A DNA stretch of 64,000 nucleotides from Alphaproteobacteria bacterium (GTDB taxonomy: Bacteria; Pseudomonadota; Alphaproteobacteria; UBA828), in contig CBDEFM010000002.1 of assembly GCA_965237415.1 (NCBI GenBank), positions 448,001 through 512,000 of the forward strand, written 5' to 3'. The notes beneath the pieces are model-generated. The model was not told the origin of the DNA and searched no databases. It worked only from the letters and a program-made list of their open reading frames with translations. Shown piece by piece: positions 32,586 through 44,109 of this stretch (within the stretch, counting starts at the first letter, position 1; every line of letters begins with the position of its first letter). The position numbers and the translations under genes are program-made.

Positions 32586-34124
32586 ATGACCGACTGGCCG
32601 ATCCTGTCCACCGTCACGTTCCTGCCGCTGGTCGGAGTTTTCTTCATCCTGCTGATCCGGGGCGACGAACGGCAGATCGCGGCCAATTCCCGTCACGTGG
32701 CGCTCTGGACCTCGGTGGTCACCTTCGCGCTCTCGATCGTGCTCGTCGCCGATTTCGACACCTCGACGGCCGAATTCCAGTTCGTCGAGTTGGTGCCGTG
32801 GCTGCCCGAGCACAACATCGGCTACCACATGGGCGTGGACGGGATCTCGATCTTCTTCCTGATCCTCACCACGTTCCTGATCCCGATCTGCATCCTCGCT
32901 TCGTGGGAGGCGATCGCGACGCGCGTGCGCGAGTTCATGATCGCTTTCCTGGTCATGGAGACGCTCATCGTCGGTGTCTTCTGCTCCCTCGACTTCGTGA
33001 TGTTCTACATCTTCTTCGAGAGCCAGCTGATCCCGATGTTCCTGATCATCGGCATTTGGGGCGGCGCGCGGCGAGTCTACTCGGCGTTCAAGTTCTTCCT
33101 CTATACGCTGGTGGGCTCGGTGCTGTTCCTGTTGGCGATCCTCTTCATGTACCTCGACGCCGGCACCACCGATATCCCAACGCTCCTCGCCCACGACTTC
33201 GCGCCGGCGGTGCAGACCTGGCTCTGGCTCGCGCTATTCGCCTCCTTCGCCGTCAAGCTGCCGATGTGGCCGTTCCACACCTGGCTCCCTGACGCGCACG
33301 TGGAGGCGCCGACGGCGGGCTCGGTGATCCTCGCCGGTATTCTGCTGAAGATGGGGGGCTACGGCTTCCTCCGCTTCTCGCTGCCCATGCTGCCGGACGC
33401 GAGCGCCTTCTTCGTGCCCTTCATCTATTCGCTGAGCATTGTCGCGATCATCTACACCTCGCTGGTCGCGCTCATGCAGCAGGACATGAAGAAGCTGATC
33501 GCCTATTCCTCGGTCGCCCACATGGGGATCGTCACCATCGGCATCTTCACCTTCACCGGCCAGGGAATCGAAGGCGGCATCATTCAGATGCTGAGCCACG
33601 GCATCGTCTCGGCGGCGCTCTTCCTCTGCGTCGGCGTGGTCTACGACCGCACCCACACCCGCGAGATCGCGGACTATGGCGGACTGGTGCACCGCATGCC
33701 GATCTACGCCTTCGTGCTCATGGTGTTCACGCTGGCTGCGATCGGGCTGCCCGGCACCAGCGGCTTCGTCGGCGAGTTCATGGTGCTGGTGGGCGCCTTC
33801 CAGTCGAACACCTGGGTCGCCATGCTGGCCCTGACCGGCGTGGTCCTGGGCGCCGCCTACATGCTCTGGCTCTACCGGCGCGTGATCTTCGGCGAGCTCA
33901 CCAAGGAGAACCTCAAGTCGATCACCGACCTCAACTGGCGCGAGATGGGCATCTTCGCGCCACTAGTTTCGCTGGCGCTGGTGCTCGGGCTTTATCCGGA
34001 GCCCTTCCTCGATGTCCTCCACGTCTCGGTCGAGAACCTGATCGCGCAGACCAACGGCGCGCCGCCGCTGCCGATTGCCGAGCCTAAGAGCGTGCCGGTG
34101 CCCGCGCTCGCGGCTCTGCAATAG
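32586..34124 (+). CDS. nuoM: NADH-quinone oxidoreductase subunit M
   Basis: [35 protein letters not shown]. Confidence 0.97.
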   Translation: MTDWPILSTVTFLPLVGVFFILLIRGDERQIAANSRHVALWTSVVTFALSIVLVADFDTSTAEFQFVELVPWLPEHNIGYHMGVDGISIFFLILTTFLIPICILASWEAIATRVREFMIAFLVMETLIVGVFCSLDFVMFYIFFESQLIPMFLIIGIWGGARRVYSAFKFFLYTLVGSVLFLLAILFMYLDAGTTDIPTLLAHDFAPAVQTWLWLALFASFAVKLPMWPFHTWLPDAHVEAPTAGSVILAGILLKMGGYGFLRFSLPMLPDASAFFVPFIYSLSIVAIIYTSLVALMQQDMKKLIAYSSVAHMGIVTIGIFTFTGQGIEGGIIQMLSHGIVSAALFLCVGVVYDRTHTREIADYGGLVHRMPIYAFVLMVFTLAAIGLPGTSGFVGEFMVLVGAFQSNTWVAMLALTGVVLGAAYMLWLYRRVIFGELTKENLKSITDLNWREMGIFAPLVSLALVLGLYPEPFLDVLHVSVENLIAQTNGAPPLPIAEPKSVPVPALAALQ

Positions 34125-34134
34125 GGGTTTGACG

Positions 34135-35595
34135 ATGCAACCCTTCGTCGAGCCCGACTACCTGCCCGCGCTGCCCGAGCTCTTCCTCGCCGGCGCTTCG
34201 GTCACCCTGCTGATGGCGGGCGTGTTCATCGGCGATCGCTCGACCCGGCTCATGACCTGGCTCGCCTGCGTCGCCATGGCGGTGGCCTTCGTCATGGTGC
34301 TGGTCCTCCCCGACGAGCGGACGACGACCTTCTTCGGCCTTTTCGTGGTCGATCGCTTCGCCGCGTTCATGAAATGCCTGGTGCTGGTCGGCGCAGCGGT
34401 CACGCTCATCATCGGAATCGGCTACGTGCGGCGCGAGGGAATGAACCGCTTCGAGTTCCCGGTGCTGATCGTCTTCGCCACCCTCGGCATGCTGCTGATG
34501 ATTTCGGCGAACGACCTGATCGCGCTCTATGTGGGGCTCGAGCTGCAGAGCCTCTCGCTTTACATCGTCGCCGCGTTCCGCCGCGACTCGGTGCGCTCGA
34601 CCGAGGCGGGGCTCAAGTATTTCGTGCTGGGCGCAATCTCCTCAGGCCTTCTGCTCTACGGCTGCTCCATGGTTTACGGCTTCACCGGCGTGACCGGATT
34701 CGAGGGGATCGCCGAGGCGCTGACCACCACCGTGCCGGGCAACGTGGCGGCCGAGACGGGCGTCCTGATCGGGCTCGTTTTCATCGCCGCGGCACTGGCC
34801 TTCAAGGTCTCGGCGGTGCCCTTCCACATGTGGACGCCGGATGTCTACGAGGGAGCGCCGACTCCGGTCACCGCCTTCTTCGCTGCAGCGCCCAAGGTCG
34901 CCGCCATGGCGCTGCTGCTCAGGGTCTTCCTCGGCCCCTTCCACGAGCTCGCCGGCCAGTGGGACCAGATCGTGATCTTCGTCTCGGTGGCCTCGATGGG
35001 GCTCGGCGCCTTCGCCGCGATCGGCCAGAAGAACATCAAGCGGCTGATGGCCTACAGCTCCATCGGCCATGTCGGCTATGCGCTCGTCGGGCTCTCGGCC
35101 GGCACGCTGGAGGGGATCCGGGGCGTGATCGTCTACATGACGATCTACATGGTAATGACGCTCGGCGGCTTCGCCTGCATCCTCGCCATGCGCCGGCGCG
35201 GCCAGATGGTCGAGGAGATCAGCGACCTCTCCGGCCTCTCCAAGACCAACCCGCCGCTCGCGCTCGCGCTCGCCATCTTCATGTTCTCGATGGCGGGCAT
35301 CCCGCCGCTCGCCGGCTTCTTCGGCAAGCTGTACGTCTTCCTGGCGGCGGTAGACGCGGGGCTTTACGGCCTCGCCATCTTCGGGGTGCTGGCGAGCGTC
35401 GTCGGCGCCTACTACTACATCCGGATCGTCAAGGTGATGTACTTCGACGAGCCGACGGACGGGTTCGACCGCCCGGTCGGCGTGGAGCTTTCCGCCGTGC
35501 TCGCGGGCACGGGCATCATTACGCTTCTCTTCTTCGCCTATCCGGCACCCATCCTGGCCGGGGCGGAAGCCGCCGCCGCGGCGCTCATGCCCTGA
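34135..35595 (+). CDS. nuoN: NADH-quinone oxidoreductase subunit N
   Basis: [36 protein letters not shown]. Confidence 0.97.
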   Translation: MQPFVEPDYLPALPELFLAGASVTLLMAGVFIGDRSTRLMTWLACVAMAVAFVMVLVLPDERTTTFFGLFVVDRFAAFMKCLVLVGAAVTLIIGIGYVRREGMNRFEFPVLIVFATLGMLLMISANDLIALYVGLELQSLSLYIVAAFRRDSVRSTEAGLKYFVLGAISSGLLLYGCSMVYGFTGVTGFEGIAEALTTTVPGNVAAETGVLIGLVFIAAALAFKVSAVPFHMWTPDVYEGAPTPVTAFFAAAPKVAAMALLLRVFLGPFHELAGQWDQIVIFVSVASMGLGAFAAIGQKNIKRLMAYSSIGHVGYALVGLSAGTLEGIRGVIVYMTIYMVMTLGGFACILAMRRRGQMVEEISDLSGLSKTNPPLALALAIFMFSMAGIPPLAGFFGKLYVFLAAVDAGLYGLAIFGVLASVVGAYYYIRIVKVMYFDEPTDGFDRPVGVELSAVLAGTGIITLLFFAYPAPILAGAEAAAAALMP

Positions 35596-35612
35596 CGACG
35601 AGATCTCTCCTC

Positions 35613-36392
35613 ATGCCGCCGACGGCGCTGCCGCAAGGCTATGCACTGATCGCCCTCGACGAGGCCGGCAGCACCAATGACGAGGCGAAGGACCGCGCGG
35701 TGGCGGGCGCGCCGGAAGGCACGGTCATCTGGGCTCGGCAGCAGCGGGCCGGGCGCGGCCGCCGGGGACGCGCCTGGGTCTCGCCGCCGGGCAATCTCTA
35801 TCTCTCGGTGATCCTCCGCCCCGCTTGCGAGGCACGGAGTGTCGCGCAGCTCTCCTTCGTCGCGGCGCTCGCCGTCCTCGACCTCGTGGATGGGCCTTTG
35901 CCCGGCCGGGCGTGCTGTAAGTGGCCGAACGATATCCTCGTGGACGGCGGCAAGGTCGCCGGTATTCTGTTGGAATCGGCGCTGAGGCCCGAGGGGCGTG
36001 TAGACTGGGTGGTGCTAGGGATCGGCGTGAACCTCGCGAGCCACCCACGGCTCGAGGGGCCCACTCCGCCGACGAGCTTCGTCGACGCCGGCGCCCAACC
36101 GCTCGCGCCGGAGGATGCACTGCCGTCGCTGCTTGCGGCGCTTGCCCGGCGGCGACGGGACTGGGAGACGCAGGGTTTTGCGGCGGTGCGACGTGCGTGG
36201 CTCGCCCGCGCCCACGGACTCGGCGGCCCGGTTACAGTCGCCAACGGTAACCGGCAGTTGGTCGGAATTTTCGAAGGACTCGATGCGGAGGGGGCGCTGG
36301 TGCTGCTGCAGGCAGACTCTGAACGAGTTTCGATCGCAGCCGGCGATGTCTTCTTCGGCGATGCGGAGACGGTGCATGCTGCTCGCGGTTGA
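35613..36392 (+). CDS. birA: Biotin--[acetyl-CoA-carboxylase] ligase
   Basis: STN, GRGRRGRAW, KWPNDI...KVAGIL; follows nuoN. Confidence 0.94.
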   Translation: MPPTALPQGYALIALDEAGSTNDEAKDRAVAGAPEGTVIWARQQRAGRGRRGRAWVSPPGNLYLSVILRPACEARSVAQLSFVAALAVLDLVDGPLPGRACCKWPNDILVDGGKVAGILLESALRPEGRVDWVVLGIGVNLASHPRLEGPTPPTSFVDAGAQPLAPEDALPSLLAALARRRRDWETQGFAAVRRAWLARAHGLGGPVTVANGNRQLVGIFEGLDAEGALVLLQADSERVSIAAGDVFFGDAETVHAARG

Positions 36393-37167
36393 CACCGGCA
36401 ACACCAACACCGTCTTCGCCGTGTTCGACGGCGGCGGGGAAGAGGACGAGGTGCCACTCGGCCAGTGGCGCGCCATGACCGACGCACGGCGCACGAGCGA
36501 CGAATACGCGGTCTGGCTGGGACAACTCCTGGCGCAGGCGGGCCTCAGCCTCGCCGACATCGATCAGGCGATCGTCTCAAGCGTGGTGCCGCAAGGTATC
36601 GGCGCGCTCAAATCGCTCTGCGCCGATCATTGCGGCTGCATGGCGCAGGTCATCGGCGAGCCAGGGGTGGCGCTGGGCATCGACGTCAACGTGCCGCGGC
36701 CGGACGAGGTCGGCGCCGACCGGCTGGTCAATGCGGTCGGCGCGCATGTCCGCCACGCGGGCGCGTTGATCATCCTCGACTTCGGTACCGCGACCACCTT
36801 CGATTCCGTGAGCGCCGAGGGCGCCTACGAGGGCGGCATCATCGCGCCGGGCATTGCGCTCTCGCTGGAGGCGCTGCACCAGGCCGCAGCGCAGCTGCCG
36901 CGCATCGCGGTCAAGCGACCCGAGGCCGTAATTGGACGGGCCACGGTGCCGGCCATGCAATCCGGCATCTATTGGGGCTATGTAGGGCTTATCGAGGGTA
37001 TCGTCGCGCGCATGAAGGCGGAGATCGATGCGCCCGTGACGACAATTGCGACCGGCGGACTGGCCGGCCTCTTCGGCGACGCAACGCCCGTCATCGACGC
37101 GGTCGATCCGGATCTGACGATCCGGGGTCTCCGCGAGGTCCACTGGCGCAACCGGGAGAAACAATGA
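36376..37167 (+). CDS. coaX: Type III pantothenate kinase
   Basis: MLLAVDTGNTN, VGADR, DFGTATT, ATGG. Confidence 0.95.
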   Translation: MLLAVDTGNTNTVFAVFDGGGEEDEVPLGQWRAMTDARRTSDEYAVWLGQLLAQAGLSLADIDQAIVSSVVPQGIGALKSLCADHCGCMAQVIGEPGVALGIDVNVPRPDEVGADRLVNAVGAHVRHAGALIILDFGTATTFDSVSAEGAYEGGIIAPGIALSLEALHQAAAQLPRIAVKRPEAVIGRATVPAMQSGIYWGYVGLIEGIVARMKAEIDAPVTTIATGGLAGLFGDATPVIDAVDPDLTIRGLREVHWRNREKQ

Positions 37168-38849
37168 ACGTGCCCCCGCCGTCGGCAGCACCCAGCGTCC
37201 AGCGCGACGCACTGCACTTCCTGCCCCTCGGCGGGGCAGGGGAGATCGGCATGAACCTCAACCTCTATGCCTGCCAGGGCACGTGGTTGATGGTCGATCT
37301 CGGCATCACCTTCGCGGGCGACACGCTGCCTGGGATCGACGTGATCATGCCGGACCCGGCATTCATCGAGGAGCGAAGGGAGGACCTGCTCGCCATCGTG
37401 CTGACCCATGCACACGAGGATCACTTGGGCGCGGTGGCCTATCTCTGGCCGAGACTCCGCTGCCCTGTGTACGCGACCCCGTTCGCCGCCGCGATCCTGC
37501 GCGAGAAGCTGCTGGACGCGAAGCTGCTCTCGGAAGTGCCGCTCACCGAGGTGGCGCTTTCGAGCCGTCTCGAACTCGGGCCATTCGCGCTCACCTTCAT
37601 TTCGCTCACTCATTCGATCCCGGAGCCCAACGCGCTGCTGATCGAGACGCCTTACGGGCGTGTCATGCACACCGGCGATTGGAAGATCGACCCCGACCCT
37701 CTGGTGGGCGATCCCCTGGATGAGGCTGCATTGCGGCAGGCGGGCGAGGCCGGTGTGCTGGCGCTGGTCGGCGACTCCACCAATGCGACGGTCGAAGGCG
37801 AATCGGGCTCGGAAGGCGAGGTGCGCGAAACGCTCGCGCGCCTGGTCGCCGAACGCGAGAACGGCCTGGCCGTGACCCTCTTTGCCTCCAACGTCGCCCG
37901 GCTGGAATCGGTCGCGCTTGCTGCGCGGGACGCGGGGCGGGAGCCGGTGCTCGTCGGGCGCTCGCTGCATCGCTATGTGCGCGCGGCGCGCGCGTGCGGC
38001 TATCTCGAAGACGTCCGGTTGCTCACCGAGGACGAGGGCGCGCAGCTTCACAACAGCCAGGTGCTCTATCTCTGCACCGGCTGCCAGGGCGAGCCGCGCG
38101 CCGCGATGGCCAGGATCGCCAGCGACAGTCATCCGCGCGTAAGCCTTTTCGACGGCGATACGGTGATCTTCTCGTCGAAGATCATTCCCGGGAACGAGCG
38201 GACCATCGCCGATCTTCACAACAGGCTGTTGCGGCGGGGCATCGAGGTCATCACGGAGAAGGACGCGGGCGTCCACGTCTCAGGCCACCCGTGCCGGGGC
38301 GAGCTGCGCCAGATGTACCAGTGGATCCGGCCGCAGATCGCGGTGCCGGTGCATGGCGAGGCACGTCACATGCAGGCCCACGGCGCGCTGGCCCGCGCGC
38401 TCCAGGTGCCGGAGCCGGTCTTCGTTGAGAACGGCGACCTGTTGCGGCTTGCGCCGGGACCGGCTGCGGTAATCGGCCGCGCGCCGGCCGGCCGGCTCGC
38501 GCTGGATGGCGAGAATATCGTCGCGACCGACCACGTCTCGATCGGTGCGCGACGCAAGTTGATGCACAATGGAGCGATTTTCGTCTCGGTCGTTGTCGAC
38601 CGTAGCGGACGGACCCTCGTGTCGCCCCTCGTTTCGGGCCGAGGAATCCTGGACGCGGACGATCAGCAGGCGGCGCGGGAGGCGATTGCGGCGGACGTGG
38701 CAGACGCGGTGGATTCGCTGACGCGGGCGCAGGCGCGCGACGCGAGCGCGATCGAGGAGGCGGCGCGGCGTGCTATCCGGCGCGCGCTGCGCGAGAGCCA
38801 CGGCAAGCGCCCGGTAATCGACGTACAGATCGCGCGCGTGCCGGGATGA
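37164..38849 (+). CDS. rnj: Ribonuclease J
   Basis: LGGAGEIGMN, THAHEDH, HTGDWK, HVSGH, PVHGE. Confidence 0.95.
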   Translation: MNVPPPSAAPSVQRDALHFLPLGGAGEIGMNLNLYACQGTWLMVDLGITFAGDTLPGIDVIMPDPAFIEERREDLLAIVLTHAHEDHLGAVAYLWPRLRCPVYATPFAAAILREKLLDAKLLSEVPLTEVALSSRLELGPFALTFISLTHSIPEPNALLIETPYGRVMHTGDWKIDPDPLVGDPLDEAALRQAGEAGVLALVGDSTNATVEGESGSEGEVRETLARLVAERENGLAVTLFASNVARLESVALAARDAGREPVLVGRSLHRYVRAARACGYLEDVRLLTEDEGAQLHNSQVLYLCTGCQGEPRAAMARIASDSHPRVSLFDGDTVIFSSKIIPGNERTIADLHNRLLRRGIEVITEKDAGVHVSGHPCRGELRQMYQWIRPQIAVPVHGEARHMQAHGALARALQVPEPVFVENGDLLRLAPGPAAVIGRAPAGRLALDGENIVATDHVSIGARRKLMHNGAIFVSVVVDRSGRTLVSPLVSGRGILDADDQQAAREAIAADVADAVDSLTRAQARDASAIEEAARRAIRRALRESHGKRPVIDVQIARVPG

Positions 38850-38865
38850 GCGGGGAGGCGATGCG

Positions 38866-39282
38866 ATGAGCCGGGCCATGATCGGACGCTTGAACCATGT
38901 CGCCATCGCCGTGCCGGACCTCGCGGCGGCGACCACGCTCTATCGCGGGACCCTGGGCGCGACCGTCTCGGAAGCGCTCGACCTGCCGGAGCACGGGGTC
39001 ACGACGGTTTTCGTCACGCTGCCGAACACCAAGCTGGAACTCCTGCACCCGCTCGGCGAGGGCTCGCCCATCACGGGCTTTCTTGCCAAGAGTCCGGTAG
39101 GCGGCATCCACCATCTCTGTTACGAGGTCGACGACATCCATGCAGCGCGCGATCGCCTCGTCGCCGAGGGCGCGCGGGTGCTTGGCGACGGCGAGCCACG
39201 CACGGGCGCCCACGGCAAGCCCGTGATCTTCCTGCATCCCAAGGATTTTTGCGGCACGCTGATCGAGCTGGAGCAGGCGTGA
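38866..39282 (+). CDS. mce: Methylmalonyl-CoA epimerase
   Basis: LNHVAIAV, GGIHHLCYEV, FLHPKD...LIELEQ. Confidence 0.93.
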   Translation: MSRAMIGRLNHVAIAVPDLAAATTLYRGTLGATVSEALDLPEHGVTTVFVTLPNTKLELLHPLGEGSPITGFLAKSPVGGIHHLCYEVDDIHAARDRLVAEGARVLGDGEPRTGAHGKPVIFLHPKDFCGTLIELEQA

Positions 39283-39292
39283 GGGCGACGCC

Positions 39293-39535
39293 GTGGACGT
39301 CTTCGGTATCATCGTCGTCTTCGTGATTGCCTGGTGGCTCTCCTTCTTCGTCGCGTTGCCGTTCGGGATCAAGGCGATCGAGAACCCGGAGCCGGGCCAC
39401 GCGCCGGGCGCCCCCCAACGCCCGCGACTCTGGCGCAAGGCGGCGATCGCGACCCTGGCCGGCGGCGTGATCACCGGCGCCATCGTCGGCGTCGTCGATG
39501 CCGGGTGGCTCTCGATGGAAACCTTCGCGGAATAG
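39293..39535 (+). CDS. DUF1467 family membrane protein
   Basis: WW..FF..LPFG...PG...AP motif; usual neighbour of mce. Confidence 0.85.
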   Translation: MDVFGIIVVFVIAWWLSFFVALPFGIKAIENPEPGHAPGAPQRPRLWRKAAIATLAGGVITGAIVGVVDAGWLSMETFAE

Positions 39536-39552
39536 GCGCGGAGCAAGGCGCC

Positions 39553-40098
39553 GTGACGAGCTATTGCGATATCGCCCCGGGACATCCCTTTCACGGCCCC
39601 TATCACGATCGAGAATACGGCTTTCCGGTGCGGGACGACGACCGCCTGTTCGAGCGTCTCGTGCTGGAGATCAACCAGGCCGGGCTCTCCTGGCTCACGA
39701 TATTGAAGAAACGCGAGGCCTTCTTGGCGGCCTTCGACGGGTTCGAGATCGGGCGGGTTGCGGCTTACGACGACGTGGCGCGGTCACGCCTTCTCGCCGA
39801 TGCGGGCATCATTCGTAACCGTCTCAAGGTCGATGCCGCCATCGAAAACGCGCGGCGTATTCAAGCGTTGCAGGCGTCACATGGCTCCTTCGCCGACTGG
39901 CTCGACGCCCATCATCCCCGGCCCCATGCCGAGTGGGTGAAGCTCTTCAAGGCTCATTTCAAGTTCACAGGAGGCGAGATCTGCCGCGAGTTCCTGCTGT
40001 CCACCGGCTATCTCGAAGGCGCCCACCGGCCGGACTGCCCGGTCTATGCCGAGATCCTGAAGCGGGAACCGCCCTGGCTGCGTTCCTCCAGCGGATAG
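39553..40098 (+). CDS. tag: DNA-3-methyladenine glycosylase I
   Basis: [28 protein letters not shown]...C zinc ligands. Confidence 0.92.
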   Translation: MTSYCDIAPGHPFHGPYHDREYGFPVRDDDRLFERLVLEINQAGLSWLTILKKREAFLAAFDGFEIGRVAAYDDVARSRLLADAGIIRNRLKVDAAIENARRIQALQASHGSFADWLDAHHPRPHAEWVKLFKAHFKFTGGEICREFLLSTGYLEGAHRPDCPVYAEILKREPPWLRSSSG

Positions 40099-40115
40099 CG
40101 CGACCGCGAAGCCAG

Positions 40116-40266
40116 TCAATGGAGGCTGGCGAGGTCCTCCCCGGTCTCTTCCTCGATCCGCTTGCCGAGGATGATCATGCCGAGCACCTGATCCTTTGTG
40201 ACATCCTGCGTTTTCACCGTGTCCACCACCTGCCCGCCGTTGAGCACGGTGATGCGGTCGGAGATC
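40116..40266 (-). pseudogene. C-terminal fragment of a sugar ABC ATP-binding protein (XylG-like)
   Basis: [34 protein letters not shown] with no Walker A/B part upstream. Confidence 0.75.
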
Positions 40267-41079
40267 CGCGGGCGTTCCCTCCGCAAGGGCGATGGCAACG
40301 TCCACGCCGGCGCGGCCTAGGTCGCGGGCGTTTTTCCACGCGCTCACCGTCTGGTAGCCCTCGGCGATCCGGTTGAGCGCCGCGATGTCGCCGTCCTGCC
40401 CGGAGACCGGAATGTTGCCCGCCAGCCCCTGCGAGGCGAGCGCCGCCACCACGCCGCCGGCGGTGCCGTCGTTGGAGGCGACCACCGCGTCGACGTTGTT
40501 GTTATTGGCGGTCAGGCACTGCTCCATGTTGATCTGCGCGTTCTCGGGCAGCCAGCCGTCGGAATAGAGCTCGCAGACGATCTCGATGTCACCCTTCTCA
40601 ATGTAGGGAGTAAGGATCTCGACCTGTCCGCCCCACACGAATTCGGTGATCTCCATGGTCGGGCTGCCCTTGATGTAGGCGAAGCGACCCTTGTTCACGA
40701 CATCGACCACGCCTCGCGCCTGAATGCGGCCGACCTCGGCATTGTCGAAGCTGAGGTAGAAGATTCCTGGCTCTTCGATCTGGATGTCGTAGCCAACCGT
40801 CGGAAGGGCGTTCACGCCGCGGCTGATCAGCGTCTCGATGTTGGCGCTCTGCTTCTCAGCAGACGCGTTTGCATCCGTGGAGATGTAATCCCAATCGGGA
40901 TACTTCTTGAGCTGATCCAGCATGCAGGCTTCGTCGTACTTCTTCCAGCGCTCCTCGCGGAAGTGCTGTCAGCTCACGCCCAGGAGCTTGTCGGCGGCGA
41001 GGGCCGGGCCGGCCGTCGCCCCGATGATCGCACTGATGCCGAGCGCCAGTGCGCCGGCCGCGAGCGTCGATACCTTCAT
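40262..41079 (-). pseudogene. Disrupted D-xylose-type ABC substrate-binding protein (XylF-like)
   Basis: Signal peptide then [11 protein letters not shown] (TGA at 40969-71 where homologs have Trp); NDGTAGG and SGQDGD motifs; apparent deletion at GVNAL|PTVGYD; truncated after ALAEGTP. Confidence 0.82.
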
Positions 41080-41199
41080 CTGAAAGATCTCCACTCGTGG
41101 TTGATGTGACTTACGATCGTTCTCGATACTCCGTTCCCTGTCGACCTCCGCCGCGCATGACGATTTCGGAGAACGGTACGCTCGAGGTGTGGTCTGGAC

Positions 41200-42372
41200 C
41201 TAGACGGCGATCTCGCTCACCTTCACCCAGCGCCGCTCGGCGTCGGAAAGGATGCAGGCGTCGATCACGCGCTGGACCTCCGCCGCCCATCTGAAATCGG
41301 GATAGGCCGGCCTTCCGGCGGCAACCGCCTCGATGAGGTCTTGAACCTCCATCACCTTGTAGTCGTTGTAGCCGGCGCCGATACCGGGCACCGGGAAGAA
41401 CGCGGCGTAGCGCGGGTCGGTGGGGCCCATCGAGATGTGCTTGAAACCCCGTGTATCTTGCGCACCTTCCTCCTTGTAGAGCTGCAAATCGTTGATGCGG
41501 TCGTAGAAGTAGCGAAGCGCGCCCTGCGTGCCGGTCAGCTCGTAGCCGATATCCATGCGCTTGCCGAGCGAGACGCGGCTCATCTCCATGTGCCCGGTCA
41601 GGCCGCCCGCGGTCCGAAACATCGCGGTCGCGACGTCGTCCGTATCGACCTGCACCATCTGCCCCGTGCCGCCGGCGTCCTGGCTGAAGCCGCCGTGCTC
41701 CGCCGGTGCCGGGCGTTCCGGAATGACGATCTTGAGATCGCAAACCACCTCCTCGACCGGCTGATCGACGAGGTGCCGCAGATAGGCGAAGCAATGGGCG
41801 CCGATATCGCCGATCACGCCGGAGCCGGCCTTCGCCTTGTCGTTACGCCAGGAGAAGGGGATCTCCGGTCGGCCCAGAAAGTCCGCGCTGAAGGAGCCGC
41901 GGTAGTAACTCGGCTCGCCGATCTCGCCGTCTGCCACCAGCCGGCGGGCGAGAGACTGGACGGGGTTCTTGATGTAGTTGAAGCCGACCATCGTGATGAC
42001 GCCCGCCTTCTCGGCGGCCTCCGCCATCGTGAACGCAGTCTTCGCGTCGTTGGCGAGGGGCTTCTCGCAATAGACGTGCTTGCCGGCAGCGATCGCGGCC
42101 ATTGCGATGTCGAAGTGGAGATCGTTCGGGGTGTTGATGTCGACGATGTCGATGGTCGGATCGTCGACGATCTCCCGCCAGTCCGCCGTATGGCGGCGGA
42201 AGCCGAACTCCCTGGCCGCGCGGCTCGCAATTTCGTCGTTCACATCGGCGAGCACTTCGAGCACGGGAACCGCCGGCCGAGCGCCGAACGCGAGCGGCTG
42301 GGCGCGATAGCACATGGCGTGGGCCTTGCCCATCCAGCCGGCACCCACGAGTCCGATTTTCAGCTCTGGCAT
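41200..42372 (-). CDS. Gfo/Idh/MocA family oxidoreductase (inositol dehydrogenase-like)
   Basis: GLVGAGWMG, HVYCEKP, GDIGAH. Confidence 0.92.
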   Translation of the reverse strand: MPELKIGLVGAGWMGKAHAMCYRAQPLAFGARPAVPVLEVLADVNDEIASRAAREFGFRRHTADWREIVDDPTIDIVDINTPNDLHFDIAMAAIAAGKHVYCEKPLANDAKTAFTMAEAAEKAGVITMVGFNYIKNPVQSLARRLVADGEIGEPSYYRGSFSADFLGRPEIPFSWRNDKAKAGSGVIGDIGAHCFAYLRHLVDQPVEEVVCDLKIVIPERPAPAEHGGFSQDAGGTGQMVQVDTDDVATAMFRTAGGLTGHMEMSRVSLGKRMDIGYELTGTQGALRYFYDRINDLQLYKEEGAQDTRGFKHISMGPTDPRYAAFFPVPGIGAGYNDYKVMEVQDLIEAVAAGRPAYPDFRWAAEVQRVIDACILSDAERRWVKVSEIAV

Positions 42373-42836
42373 TCGGTGCTCCAACTCACGATTGATCTTC
42401 CCTGGCCAGCCAATCCGCAGCGAGGGTGGCCTCACGATTGGACGCCGCGCTGCGACTGCCGCGCGACGTCCGTGCATCGCCCCGTATCCTACCAAGCACC
42501 CTGACTCTGTGCCAGATTCGCCGGGCGACGAATCGAGTGATTTCCAGACCAGGGTGGCGCTCACCGTTGCGCTGGGCGTTTCCGCCCGCGCTGGCCGCCG
42601 CTCCGTTGGCCGGATGGCCACACCGCGCGCTTTGAAGACATGCAGCCCAATACATTCGTGACGCTCAGCCGCTGAGGCAGCCCGCGGCCGGCGAATGGGC
42701 GCTGGCCTTGGTACCTGCGATCGGTCACCATATCGCGCAGCTAGGGTCCCGGTAGAGCTGGCGGCAATCGCACGCTTCGGGATTGGGAACGGTGCGCCGC
42801 GGTCTCCGCGCGGCGCCGAAGATGAGGGAGTGACTC

Positions 42837-43598
42837 ATGGATCTCGGCTTGAAGGGCAGAAAGTCGCTGGTGACGGGTGGCACCAAGGGAATCGGCCGGG
42901 CGATCGCGAACGAGCTCGCGGCGGAGGGCGCCGATGTCGCCATCTGCGCGCGCACCGAGGCCGACGTGGAGGCGGCGGTCGCTGCGCTCAGCGAGACCGG
43001 CGTGCGCGTCTCGGGACGGACGCTCGATGTCGGCGATGGGCCGGCCGTGCGCCAATGGGTCGATGACGTCGCCGAGGAGTTCGGCGGGCTCGATATCGTC
43101 GTCCCCAACGTGAGCGCGTTGGCCGCGACGCCCGAGCTGGAGTCCTGGCAGAAGGAATTCAGCGTCGACTTGATGCACACCGTGAACACGGTGGAAGCCG
43201 CTCTGCCACATCTCGAGAAGTCCGATGCCGGCTCCATCGTGGTCATTTCCAGCGTGTCAGGTATCGAGATCGACTTCGCCGCCGGCCCTTATGGCGTATT
43301 CAAGGCGGCCCTGATCCACTATTCCGCCGGCCTCAGCCGGCAGCTTGCGCCCAAGGGCATCCGCGCCAACTCGGTCTCGCCCGGCAACACCTATTTCGAC
43401 GGCGGGTTCTGGCAGGATGTGGAGAACAACAACCCGGACCTGTTCAATCTGGCGTTGAGCCTCAACAAGACCGGGCGCATGGCGACGGCCGAGGAGGTCG
43501 CCAACGCGGCAGTATTCCTCGCCAGCCCGCGCGCGAGCTTCATCACCGGCACCAACATCAAGGTGGACGGCGCGCTCACCAACAGCGTGCAGTATTGA
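42837..43598 (+). CDS. SDR family oxidoreductase
   Basis: TGGTKGIG, YGVFKAA (YxxxK). Confidence 0.93.
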   Translation: MDLGLKGRKSLVTGGTKGIGRAIANELAAEGADVAICARTEADVEAAVAALSETGVRVSGRTLDVGDGPAVRQWVDDVAEEFGGLDIVVPNVSALAATPELESWQKEFSVDLMHTVNTVEAALPHLEKSDAGSIVVISSVSGIEIDFAAGPYGVFKAALIHYSAGLSRQLAPKGIRANSVSPGNTYFDGGFWQDVENNNPDLFNLALSLNKTGRMATAEEVANAAVFLASPRASFITGTNIKVDGALTNSVQY

Positions 43599-43627
43599 CC
43601 CTGCCTGCCGGGATTGCGGGGGCAGCG

Positions 43628-44098
43628 ATGGCGGAAGCGGGGTGGACTGTCTACCTCTCGGGCGAGATACACACCGACTGGCGCGATCAAATTCGCGCCG
43701 GTGCCGACGCAGCGGGTCTCGACGTCGCGTTCGTCTCTCCGGTCACCGACCACGCGGCGAGCGACGATTGCGGCGTCGCCATCCTGGGCGTCGAGGAGAG
43801 GCCGTTCTGGAAGGACCACAAGGGTGCGCGGGTCAACGCGATCCGCAACCGCACCCTGATCCGGCGCGCGGATATCGTCGTCGTGCGCTTCGGCGACAAG
43901 TACCGGCAGTGGAATGCGGCCTTCGATGCCGGCTACGCCGCCGCGCTCGACAAGCCGATTATCACGCTGCACGAGCCTGCGCTCACCCACGCGTTGAAGG
44001 AGGTAGACGGCGCCGCGCTCGCCGTTGCCGAGACGCCGGAGCAGGTGGTCGAGCTGCTGTGCTACGCAATGACCGGCGCCCTGCACTCCGCCGCGTAG
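43628..44098 (+). CDS. YtoQ family protein
   Basis: VYLSGEIHTDWR, RFGDKYRQWNAAFDAG, HALKEVD. Confidence 0.88.
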   Translation: MAEAGWTVYLSGEIHTDWRDQIRAGADAAGLDVAFVSPVTDHAASDDCGVAILGVEERPFWKDHKGARVNAIRNRTLIRRADIVVVRFGDKYRQWNAAFDAGYAAALDKPIITLHEPALTHALKEVDGAALAVAETPEQVVELLCYAMTGALHSAA

Positions 44099-44109
44099 GG
44101 GTCCTTGGC

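Noticed and set aside
40969-40971. TGA at a Trp position as evidence of recoding (genetic code 4 or selenocysteine)
   Set aside because: Many genes here end in TGA and the same gene carries other lesions, so it is a nonsense mutation
42373-42836. 460-bp intergenic region as a hidden gene or ncRNA
   Set aside because: No credible ORF, repeat or recognisable RNA motif by eye; probably divergent promoters
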